Origin: an uncultured delta proteobacterium
Lineage (GTDB): Bacteria > Desulfobacterota > Binatia > UBA9968
Length of the DNA: 64,000 nt
Assembly: GCA_963727625.1 (NCBI GenBank)
Contig: CAVSHR010000012.1
Location: forward strand, 576,001-640,000
Direction of reading: 5' to 3'
Shown: positions 30,315 through 38,450 of the stretch, piece after piece
Layout of the letters: each line of letters begins with the position of its first letter
Numbering within the stretch: the first letter of the stretch is position 1
Notes under the pieces: model-generated
The model's database searches: none
What the model was told of the DNA's origin: nothing
Seen by the model: the letters and a program-made list of their open reading frames with translations, nothing else
Position numbers and translations under genes: made by a program

Positions 30315-31037
30315 ATGAAAGGCGCCCACCACTTATCAGAATCTCTCCTTCCCGACGCTCCAGTGCTACCTCGTTTTTTGTGTCCTAGTTCCATGGCCCA
30401 AACTGATCGGCGCATTTCTGGATTTTTTTGTGACCTTGCTTTATAGCGCCATCAATAGCGAATTGGGAAGACCGCCCACCCTAGGGGAGAGCCCTTTGAA
30501 TGTCTCCGGTCTCCATGCAGGCATCTTTCTAGTATCGCTGATTTTTGTGATTGACTGGGAGCTTGAGCGGTTCAATCTCAAAGGCGCCGGAGCGCCGTTA
30601 TTTATTCTACTCACAGGCAGCCTAGGCGCTCTGAGCGCGATGTCATACAGAAGGATTGCGTATCTCTGGCGAGTGCCCGAAGGAAACATGATCGGAATGC
30701 AGTGCCTGGCCATGGCTGCTGTCTTGATTTTTCCGATGCTATGGCTGCCCCGACGCTTAATTGGCGACCGCCGCAGCGGCTGGCTCTGGATCATCGGTCT
30801 TTCCTTCTCAGCCACGGCGATGTTTGCCTACACCATCATCCATGGAAATTGATCTATTCCGCCGATTTCGATCTGATCCAGCTCTACAATATCGTGGAAG
30901 ATCCCCAGGAGAGAAGAAATCTTTGGCAAGAAAATCGCCAACTTGCGGCTGAGATGGAAAGAGAGCTGATGGGCTATCTAAAAAAAGCGGCGGGAAAATC
31001 CTACCGGCCACTGCTTTCGGACGCTCCTGCCCGATAG
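30315..31037 (+). pseudogene. Membrane-anchored sulfatase/LTA-synthase-like remnant with frameshifts and deleted catalytic core
   Basis: TM N-terminus followed directly by a sulfatase C-terminal motif (IIHG/WKLIY...QLYNIVEDPQERRNL) across a frameshift at about 30845. Confidence 0.65.
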
Positions 31038-31142
31038 CACGACCGGTCTTCGCATCGCTTTCAGGCCTTTTGCGGGGGGTCGAAGGCATTATGTTCCGGA
31101 TGTTCCGGATAGATCAAAGTAGAGACGAAAGCGCTTGAGCAA

Positions 31143-31168
31143 GGAACTTTAGCGGGGGGTGGAACGTT
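31143..31168 (+). promoter_or_regulatory. Putative ECF sigma promoter GGAAC-N17-CGTT
   Basis: GGAAC 31143-47 and CGTT 31165-68, about 70 nt upstream of the operon start. Confidence 0.45.
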
Positions 31169-31239
31169 ATTAGAAAAAATCGGTATCGAGAGAACGGCTA
31201 ACCTCTTACGGATAAGCCGTAATCGCAGAAAAGTATCAG

Positions 31240-32892
31240 ATGCAAGCGACTGCTAAAGCGATCGGCGACCATTCTGCAGCAGAAATCAGGCAATTGGTTC
31301 GCGACAAGTATTCTGAAGTCGCGCTCAAGCCGGGCTCAAAATACAAGTTCAGGGTCGGTCGCGAGTATGCGATCGAGCTCGGCTATCCCCCTCAAAAGGT
31401 TCAAGCGCTTCCGGAGAAATTGGCTGAGGCCTTTACCGGCGTCTCTTCGTTCATGGCCCGTTTCGAGGATTTCGCTCCAGGAGATGTCGTCCTCGAGCTT
31501 GGATCCGGTGGAGGATTCGACAGCGCATTACTCGCCAAACGATTCGGCGCTGCGACAAAGGTCATTGGAGTCGATTTTTCTCTCGACATGATTCAAAGGG
31601 CAGCGCGATCTCTCGGCGCGCTGGAGCTTTGCCAGGTTAATTATACCCAGGCTGTGGCGGAGGAGCTTCCCGTCCGTGATAATTCAGTGGACTGGGTTGT
31701 CAGCAACGGGATCTTCAATCTCTCCCCGGAGAAGGAGAGAATCCTGTCCGAGATTCATCGGGTCCTAAAACCCAAGGGTCACGTGCTCTGTTCCGAGATC
31801 GTTCTCTATCAGGAGCCCACTCCGGAGGAGCGTCTCAATGAAGACGACTGGTTCAAGTGAATTGCCGGCGCAATGTCGGAAAAGTCTTTTCTGACCAAAT
31901 TCATCGAGGCTGGGTTCACCCGCATAGAGATCCTGGAGAATTCCGAGAATAAACGAACGCCAAACCGCAACGCCTACGTGGTTACTCTAGCCGCGCAGAA
32001 GGCGCCCGCGGCGTTACGGGCGCCTCTTGAGCAAAAAACCAAACCCGTCCTGAATCGGGAAAACGCAGCCGAAGTCTTGAAGGAATGTTGGGTTTTTCCG
32101 GTCGCGCCGGAGACCTGCAATCTGGCGTGCACCCATTGTCTTTATGGCGCTTCGCCACGATCGCGCAATCCTTACCGTGTCACGTCCGGCGAGCTGGGCG
32201 AATTACTGGCGCAGGTAAAATCCGTCGGTGCGAAACCGCATTTTTTGTTTACCGGCGGGGAGCCGACGCTGCACTCTGAACTCTACGATTTTCTACAAAC
32301 TTTTGATCGAGAGGGCTACTCGTTCCAGCTCATGACCAATGGAACTCGGATCCAGGAAGAAAGTGCCGAGCGTTTAGCGAAGCTGTCTCATCTGATCAAG
32401 GTGCAAGTATCACTGGAATCGGCGGACGCGAAAATCAACGATTCCATTTACGGCGCCGGACTGTACGGCAGGGTCCTCAAGGCAGTGAAAGTTCTCAAAG
32501 AAAAAAATGTCCCGGTGACACTGGCGGCAACAGCCATGGAGATCAACGAGCACGGTCTCTCCGCCATCGAAGAGTTGGCCGACGCCCAGGGAGTGGAATT
32601 GAAACAGATACTTTTGTACGAGCTCGGCGCAGCCAAAGAAAACGGCTTGAAACCGGCGCAGCAAATTCCAACCGACAACGGTCAAAGGGACAGAGAACTG
32701 ATGTGTGACAAAGGGGTCGCCTATTCCGAGGGAGCCTTCTACCCGTGTCCCGTGCTGGTCAAGGAGCCGCAGACGAAATTAGGCGATAGTTTAGAGCAGG
32801 CCTTGAGTCCGGAGTCACGCCGTAAAGTGACCGGGTTGCAGGAAACGCACGCTGCCTGTCAGGTTTGCCTTAAAGGCTCCACGTGAGCGTAG
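31240..32892 (+). CDS. Predicted selenoprotein: ArsM-like methyltransferase-radical SAM fusion, 550 aa, Sec207 and Sec549
   Basis: ORFs 31240-31860 and 31873-32886 are in one frame, split only by TGA in DWFK*IAGAM (ArsM W-x-x-C-x-x-GA). It carries ELGSGGGFD, CNLACTHC and TGGEP motifs. The C-terminus is HAACQVCLKGST*A-TAG. SECIS-like hairpins follow both TGAs. Confidence 0.8.
31858..31903 (+). promoter_or_regulatory. SECIS-like element 1
   Basis: Upper stem GTCGGAAAA/TTTTCTGAC (31875-31895, one G-U pair) with a GTC loop; TGAATT (31858-63) can pair with AATTCA (31898-903). Confidence 0.7.
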
Positions 32893-32896
32893 GCAA

Positions 32897-32913
32897 GCGC
32901 TCCGTAGGAGCGC
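32897..32913 (+). promoter_or_regulatory. SECIS-like element 2
   Basis: Perfect 7-bp stem GCGCTCC/GGAGCGC with a GTA loop, 17 nt long, after a 10-nt spacer from TGA 32884-86; no U-tract. Confidence 0.65.
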
Positions 32914-32967
32914 AAAAGAGAACGATAAAAACACATCCGGAACGGTAGGCGTTAAATCGGACAGGCA

Positions 32968-34029
32968 ATGAATTCAACCGACCCCAAGACTCGAATCGCC
33001 TATTTCAAGACCATCGATGGCCAAAGTCGTAGCGCGATGGCGACTCTCGATCCGGTCTGCCTCTACCTCGAGGTCAGCAACCAGTGCAACCTGTTATGCA
33101 AGACCTGTCCCATTACCTACGGCAAAGTGGAGGAACCCGCCTCGTTGAGCTTTGATCAGATCAAGCGCTTGGTCGCCCAATTCCCCACGGTCGAGCGCGT
33201 GGTGCTCCATGGTGTTGGAGAGCCGCTTCTCAATAGGGAACTGGCCAAAATTATTCTCTGGCTCAAGGGCAAGGGGATCTACGTTCTTTTCAATTCGAAC
33301 GGCACATTGATCAATAAGCGCTGGCGTGAAGCGCTCGTCGGATCGGGACTCGATGAAATCCGGCTCTCCCTTGACGCAGCAACGCCGGAGACTTTCGCGC
33401 GGGTGCGCGGCAAACGGCTCTTTGCCGTTGTCGTCAGGAATATCCAAGGCCTGATGGCCCTCAAGGCAGAGACAGGACTGCGCACACCGCTCGTTTCACT
33501 CTGGCTGACGGGGTTGAGAGAGACTCTGAAGGAGCTCTCGGATTTCGTCCGGTTGGGCCATTCTCTGGGGATCGACCGGGTATACCTCCAACGGCTAGTT
33601 TATTGGGACGGCAACGGCAATGATCGGCTGGCCCGTCCAGAGCAATCTCTGTTCAATTCCCTGCGAGAAGAAGGCGATCAGGTGATCAAGTCGGCGGAGG
33701 AATTGGCCCGTTCGCTGGGGATCTCTTTTGAAGCATCCGGAGCAACCACTCCTTCGACTAGCCTTGTGGGTGAAAACTTCGACCAACCCTGGTCAGCCTG
33801 CATGCGTCCCTGGACACTCATGTACATTAGCGCCCGGGGAAGCGCATTTCCCTGTTGCATTGCCCCTTTCTCGACGGCAGATCTAAGCCATCTCTCTCTC
33901 GGGAACGCGTTCACACAGGATCTGGCCTCCATATGGAATGGAAAGCGTTATCAAGAATTCCGCCGCCGGCTCCTGAGCGCTGAACCGCCTGAATGCTGCA
34001 AAGGTTGTGGCGCCTGTTGGAGTTTGTGA
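32968..34029 (+). CDS. Radical SAM/SPASM domain protein
   Basis: CNLLCKTC and GVGEPLL motifs; SPASM CMRPW...GSAFPCC...LGN..IWNG..CCKGCGAC. Confidence 0.92.
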   Translation: MNSTDPKTRIAYFKTIDGQSRSAMATLDPVCLYLEVSNQCNLLCKTCPITYGKVEEPASLSFDQIKRLVAQFPTVERVVLHGVGEPLLNRELAKIILWLKGKGIYVLFNSNGTLINKRWREALVGSGLDEIRLSLDAATPETFARVRGKRLFAVVVRNIQGLMALKAETGLRTPLVSLWLTGLRETLKELSDFVRLGHSLGIDRVYLQRLVYWDGNGNDRLARPEQSLFNSLREEGDQVIKSAEELARSLGISFEASGATTPSTSLVGENFDQPWSACMRPWTLMYISARGSAFPCCIAPFSTADLSHLSLGNAFTQDLASIWNGKRYQEFRRRLLSAEPPECCKGCGACWSL

Positions 34030-34033
34030 TCGC

Positions 34034-34768
34034 ATGAAGATCGAAAGCGGCGGCAAGAACAAAAGTCGAGCTCTGGTGGTCGTTGCCAAAGCGCCGTTAC
34101 AGGGTCTTGTCAAAACGCGGCTTTATTCCTACCTCAGTCCTGTAGACGCCGCCGGCCTCTACGAGTGTTTGCTCGGCGATATCGTCTCCAAGTTGGAGAG
34201 CTACGAAAAGAGCGAATTTTGGCTTGCCTTTGCGCCGGGAGGTGAAGACTATTTCCGCCGAAATTACTCGGCGATGAGACTGCTCGCTCAGCGCGGCAAA
34301 GATCTCGGCGAGCGGCTCCATCACGTTTTTGTGGATCTCTTCCGCAGGGGTTACAGCGAAGTCGTCATCGCCGATAGCGACAGTCCCACGGTGCCGCTTT
34401 CGTCTATCGATCAAGCCTATCAACAACTCAACGAACAAGAATGTGATCTGGTCCTGGGACCATCGGACGACGGCGGTTATTACCTCATAGGCCTCAAGCG
34501 TGCCACGGAACGGATTTTTTACGATATCCCGTGGAGTACCCATAGAGTGCTCGATACCACCTTTAAGAGGGCGGCTGAGCTGGGGTTAAGCGCGGGGCTT
34601 CTCCCTCCTGCCTATGACATCGACATAGAGGATGACCTCAGGAGACTGTGGAATGATTTTTTGGCTCTCAAGCACCTCCGGGCGCTAGCCCCGAGAACCT
34701 ATGACTACCTGAACAATGTCCTCGGCGCCGGATCTTTGCAGGTTCGTGCTTTAACCGAAATCGATTAG
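34034..34768 (+). CDS. DUF2064/TIGR04282-type glycosyltransferase-like protein (rSAM/selenodomain-associated)
   Basis: AKAP..G.VKTRL, QRGKDLGERL, DSDSP, LGPSDDGGYYLIG, IPWST and DIDIEDDL motifs. Confidence 0.9.
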   Translation: MKIESGGKNKSRALVVVAKAPLQGLVKTRLYSYLSPVDAAGLYECLLGDIVSKLESYEKSEFWLAFAPGGEDYFRRNYSAMRLLAQRGKDLGERLHHVFVDLFRRGYSEVVIADSDSPTVPLSSIDQAYQQLNEQECDLVLGPSDDGGYYLIGLKRATERIFYDIPWSTHRVLDTTFKRAAELGLSAGLLPPAYDIDIEDDLRRLWNDFLALKHLRALAPRTYDYLNNVLGAGSLQVRALTEID

Positions 34769-34778
34769 GAGGCTCAGA

Positions 34779-35318
34779 ATGGCCGCAGCCGTTAGTTCCG
34801 TCGGGATTCGAGACCTGGCTCTTTGGGCTGGTCTTTATCGAATTGCGCTCGGGATTATGTGGCTGCAAATGGCCTTACAAAAAGCGCCCTGGATCATGGG
34901 GCCCGAGGGAAGGCCCTACGGTTGGCTCTACGGTTACATCTGGAAGGAAATCAATAATCCGACCTTTACTTTTTACACCGAGTTTCTGAAAAATATAGTG
35001 CTTCCCAATTTTTACTATTTTGGTTTGTTGACCTTCGTCGTTGAGATCGCAATCGGGGTGTCACTGGTGCTGGGTTTTTTAGTTCCTCTGATCGGCGGTC
35101 TCGGCGGCGCCCTCATGCAAACCAATATCATGCTCGGCAGTTACAGCATTCCGAGCGAGTGGTTTTGGCTTTGGCCCATGCTGATCGGCAGTCACGTCAT
35201 CTTCATGATGGGTAGAGCCGGCCGCCGTCTCGGATTGGATGGCCTCCTTTCAAGCTCTCTTGAGCACTCCCCTGATACAGGAGGCAAGTTGAGACGATTC
35301 TTGACCTATGTCGTGTAG
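34779..35318 (+). CDS. DoxX/TQO small subunit (DoxD)-like membrane protein
   Basis: RIALGIMWL..ALQK, EIAIGVSLVLG, EWFW and AGRRLGLDG motifs; AGGAGG RBS. Confidence 0.8.
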   Translation: MAAAVSSVGIRDLALWAGLYRIALGIMWLQMALQKAPWIMGPEGRPYGWLYGYIWKEINNPTFTFYTEFLKNIVLPNFYYFGLLTFVVEIAIGVSLVLGFLVPLIGGLGGALMQTNIMLGSYSIPSEWFWLWPMLIGSHVIFMMGRAGRRLGLDGLLSSSLEHSPDTGGKLRRFLTYVV

Positions 35319-35347
35319 TTGCATTCGCGCAGTCGGGCTATAGCAGG

Positions 35348-36853
35348 ATGATCCGATTCATTACCAGAAACAAAGTCTGGGTATTAGGACTGCTCTCCGC
35401 AGCCATCTACGGCATGAATTTGCGCATGGCTGACGTGCTGGTCCGCCTTGAGATCCTCGATTCTGCACCGGACCCCATAGCGTCTTACTTGATCCAAATC
35501 GCGCCTCTGAGTCTAATCTATTTTCTGGCCGTGTGGATGACGGCACGTGCGCAATACGCCAAGAAGACTTTGACGCCCATTATCCTGTTTGCGCTGTTGT
35601 TCCGACTGCCTCTGATCCTTTTAGAGCCCGCCCTCTCCAGTGACGTCTATCGCTACCTTTGGGAAGGGAAAGTGCAAATTGTTGCCGGAATGAATCCCTA
35701 CGTCGTGCCGCCGGCGGACGACCGCCTTGCCTCTCTACGGGATCAAGCGATTTATCCTCACATCAATCGCAAGGAGGCGCCGACGATCTATCCTGCAGGC
35801 GCGCAGCTCCTTTTCGCCCTACTACACAAGGCCGGCGTCGAAAGCCCCCAGGCATTCAAAGCTCTGTCCCTTGTTGCCGATGCTCTATCGCTGCTTCTCC
35901 TGCTTTTAATCCTTAAGCGACTCCATTTGCCGCTTGACCGCGTTATCATCTACGCGTGGAATCCTCTCCTTATCTATGAGTTCTTTTGGAGCGGCCACCT
36001 GGAAAGCTTCATGTTGCCTCCCCTGCTGGGCTTTATCTATTTTACCCTTCGGGGTTGGGTGCTAGCTGCCGGTGTCGCCCTCGGCCTCGCGACAGCGATT
36101 AAACTAGTCCCCCTGTTTCTTCTGGCAACCGTGCCTCCGGGCAAGAGGATTAGGACAGTAATCCCTTTTGTCTTTGTTCTGGGGCTTGCTTATATCTTTT
36201 ACGCCGCAGCGGGGACGAGGATCCTGGGCTTTCTTCCAACCTATTTCTCTGACCCATACGAGATTTTCAATCTCGGCATCGTCCAACTAGGTTTGTTACG
36301 GGTGGTGCAGTCATTTTCATTTCCCGTCTCTTGGGTTCGTAACATTCTTCTCGCCCTCCTGCTTGCGATCCTAATGATGATCTCACGGCGCGCCCCCAAT
36401 TCCCCTGCGGACATTATCGGGAGAAGCTACGCGACCTTTAGCGCCTATCTCTTGCTCATCTATCCCGCTTTTCATCCCTGGTACTTTTGTGCGCTTGTGC
36501 CCTTGTTATGCTTCGTCCCGTCGCGAGCTTGGATCTGCTTCTCCTTGCTGCTCCCTCTGTCTTACTTTAAATACCTCACGCCAGACGGAACGATGCCATT
36601 GTGGATTACGCTCGCAGAATTTGCCCCTTTGTATCTGCTCCTGGTCCGGGAACACGGCCGGTTTCCAATTTGGCTAAGAAAGCGCCAGGCGTCCAGCGGC
36701 GCTATAAACGAGAAATGCGACGGCAAAGAAATTCCAAGCCGCGAACTAAAAGAGCGCCTCCTCTTAGACGATCAGACCGGAGAATTACTGCCTTGCATGT
36801 CGGCGATAACCGCCTTAGCCACAGTCAGGCGAAGCCGTAAAAGAAGGGAATAG
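35348..36853 (+). CDS. GT-C membrane glycosyltransferase (GT87/DUF2029-like)
   Basis: LSSDVYRYLWEG, NPY..PP, PTIYP, YAWNPL, GHLE and HPWY motifs. Confidence 0.85.
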   Translation: MIRFITRNKVWVLGLLSAAIYGMNLRMADVLVRLEILDSAPDPIASYLIQIAPLSLIYFLAVWMTARAQYAKKTLTPIILFALLFRLPLILLEPALSSDVYRYLWEGKVQIVAGMNPYVVPPADDRLASLRDQAIYPHINRKEAPTIYPAGAQLLFALLHKAGVESPQAFKALSLVADALSLLLLLLILKRLHLPLDRVIIYAWNPLLIYEFFWSGHLESFMLPPLLGFIYFTLRGWVLAAGVALGLATAIKLVPLFLLATVPPGKRIRTVIPFVFVLGLAYIFYAAAGTRILGFLPTYFSDPYEIFNLGIVQLGLLRVVQSFSFPVSWVRNILLALLLAILMMISRRAPNSPADIIGRSYATFSAYLLLIYPAFHPWYFCALVPLLCFVPSRAWICFSLLLPLSYFKYLTPDGTMPLWITLAEFAPLYLLLVREHGRFPIWLRKRQASSGAINEKCDGKEIPSRELKERLLLDDQTGELLPCMSAITALATVRRSRKRRE

Positions 36854-36857
36854 CTCA

Positions 36858-38435
36858 GTGGCAACCGGCATTTTAGAATCAATTTTTTACTACAGCCTCG
36901 GCGCGCTCTACCTTCTGTGCCTGAGCGGGCTCTTTCTCTACGGCACCAACTGCTATGTTCTGCTCCTGCTCTTTCGCCGAAACCGCAGCAAAGGCGAGAA
37001 GGAGTATCGCGACGCTCTCGATAACTTTGAGAACTCCCCCTGGAAAAACGACCTCCCTCAGATCACGGTACAACTGCCGATCTACAACGAGCGCTATGTT
37101 GTCGCTCGGCTCATGAAAGCTGTCAGCGCCCTGGATTACCCGCGCGACCGATTGGAGATTCAGCTCCTCGACGACTCCACCGATGATTCCGTGGAGATCA
37201 TCAGCCGGCTGGTCGCGGATTATCGGAAAGAGGGCTTCCCTATCGTCCATCTCCAGCGAGCAACCCGACAGGGCTTTAAAGCAGGCGCGCTTAGGGAAGG
37301 CATGGAGACAGCGCGTGGAGAATTTTTCGCCATTTTCGATGCCGACTTCGTTCCCCCGCCTGACTTTCTGCGCAAAACCATTCCTTACTTCTTGAATGCC
37401 AAAGTCGGTATGGTGCAGGCGCGGTGGAGTCACATCAATCCCAACTATTCGCTTCTGACACGCGCGCAGTCGATTGGAATCGACTCGCATTTTTCCATCG
37501 AGCAAGGCGCCCGAGCCTGGTCGGGCCTTTTTCTCAACTTCAACGGCACCGCAGGTGTATGGAGACGGCAAGCCATCGTTGAAGCTGGAGGCTGGCAAGC
37601 CGATACTCTCACCGAGGACATGGACCTAAGCTATCGAGCTCAACTAGCGGGTTGGCGGATGAAGTATCTCTTGGAAGTGGCGTGCCCGGCAGAACTGCCG
37701 GTGCAGGTGGCTGCATTTAAATCGCAACAGTTTCGTTGGGCAAAAGGCTCCATCCAAACGGCACGCAAAATAATGCCCGCTCTGCTTAGGGCGCCCTGCT
37801 CAAATTTCGCCAAGTGGCAGGCCATGCTCCACATGACTCACTACGTCATCCATCCGCTGATGCTGGTCACTATTTTGCTTTCCTATCCGGTAATCCTTAT
37901 CCAGGATACTGAGTCAAGCCCCTGGCTGTTGGCCGGCGCTTTCATTTTATTTCTATCGGCGACGTTGGCCCCCTCGACTTTGTATCTTGCGTCGCAAAGA
38001 TTTCTCTACCCGGACTGGCGCACCCGGATACGTTGGATCTCGCTTATGACACTGATCGGCACGGGCCTCTCGTTAAACAACGCGCGAGCGATTTTGGAAG
38101 GGCTGTTCCTTTCCGGCGGAAACTTCGTGCGCACTCCGAAGTTCGGCGTCTTTCCTGGCGACGATTTGCGCGGACGGATAATAGGCTATGGTCTCAAGAT
38201 GGGTATGCTGCCATGGCTCGAGTTGGCTATCGGAGTTTATGCGCTATTTGCACTGACTCAAGCCATTAAAACTCCGGGCATACTGATCAGCCCATTCCTG
38301 CTGATGTACACGTGTGGTTTTTTCTATATCGCGCTCAAGGGAATCGGCGAATCGCTGGACTGGAAGATCGGCAAGTACCGACCCCCACCACCGCCCACCG
38401 CATCCACTGTGATCGAGCAACACGATGGCACCTGA
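36858..38435 (+). CDS. Processive GT2 glycosyltransferase (cellulose synthase-like/CslA-type)
   Basis: TVQLPIYNE, LDDSTD, GFKAGAL, FDADF, TLTEDMDL and QQFRWAKG (D,D,D,QxxRW) motifs. Confidence 0.92.
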   Translation: MATGILESIFYYSLGALYLLCLSGLFLYGTNCYVLLLLFRRNRSKGEKEYRDALDNFENSPWKNDLPQITVQLPIYNERYVVARLMKAVSALDYPRDRLEIQLLDDSTDDSVEIISRLVADYRKEGFPIVHLQRATRQGFKAGALREGMETARGEFFAIFDADFVPPPDFLRKTIPYFLNAKVGMVQARWSHINPNYSLLTRAQSIGIDSHFSIEQGARAWSGLFLNFNGTAGVWRRQAIVEAGGWQADTLTEDMDLSYRAQLAGWRMKYLLEVACPAELPVQVAAFKSQQFRWAKGSIQTARKIMPALLRAPCSNFAKWQAMLHMTHYVIHPLMLVTILLSYPVILIQDTESSPWLLAGAFILFLSATLAPSTLYLASQRFLYPDWRTRIRWISLMTLIGTGLSLNNARAILEGLFLSGGNFVRTPKFGVFPGDDLRGRIIGYGLKMGMLPWLELAIGVYALFALTQAIKTPGILISPFLLMYTCGFFYIALKGIGESLDWKIGKYRPPPPPTASTVIEQHDGT

Positions 38436-38450
38436 GAAGACTCCTTCGAT

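Noticed and set aside
31873-32886. Independent radical SAM gene starting at ATG 31873
   Set aside because: It has no SD, it is in frame with the upstream ORF, and its first ~40 aa look like the end of the methyltransferase fold.
32897-32913. Hairpin as an intrinsic terminator
   Set aside because: There is no U-tract on either strand and it lies inside an operon; the spacing from UGA fits a SECIS better.
34027-34029. TGA ending the rSAM/SPASM gene as a third Sec
   Set aside because: No hairpin follows, read-through would run out of frame over the DUF2064 gene, and the SPASM Cys motif is already complete.
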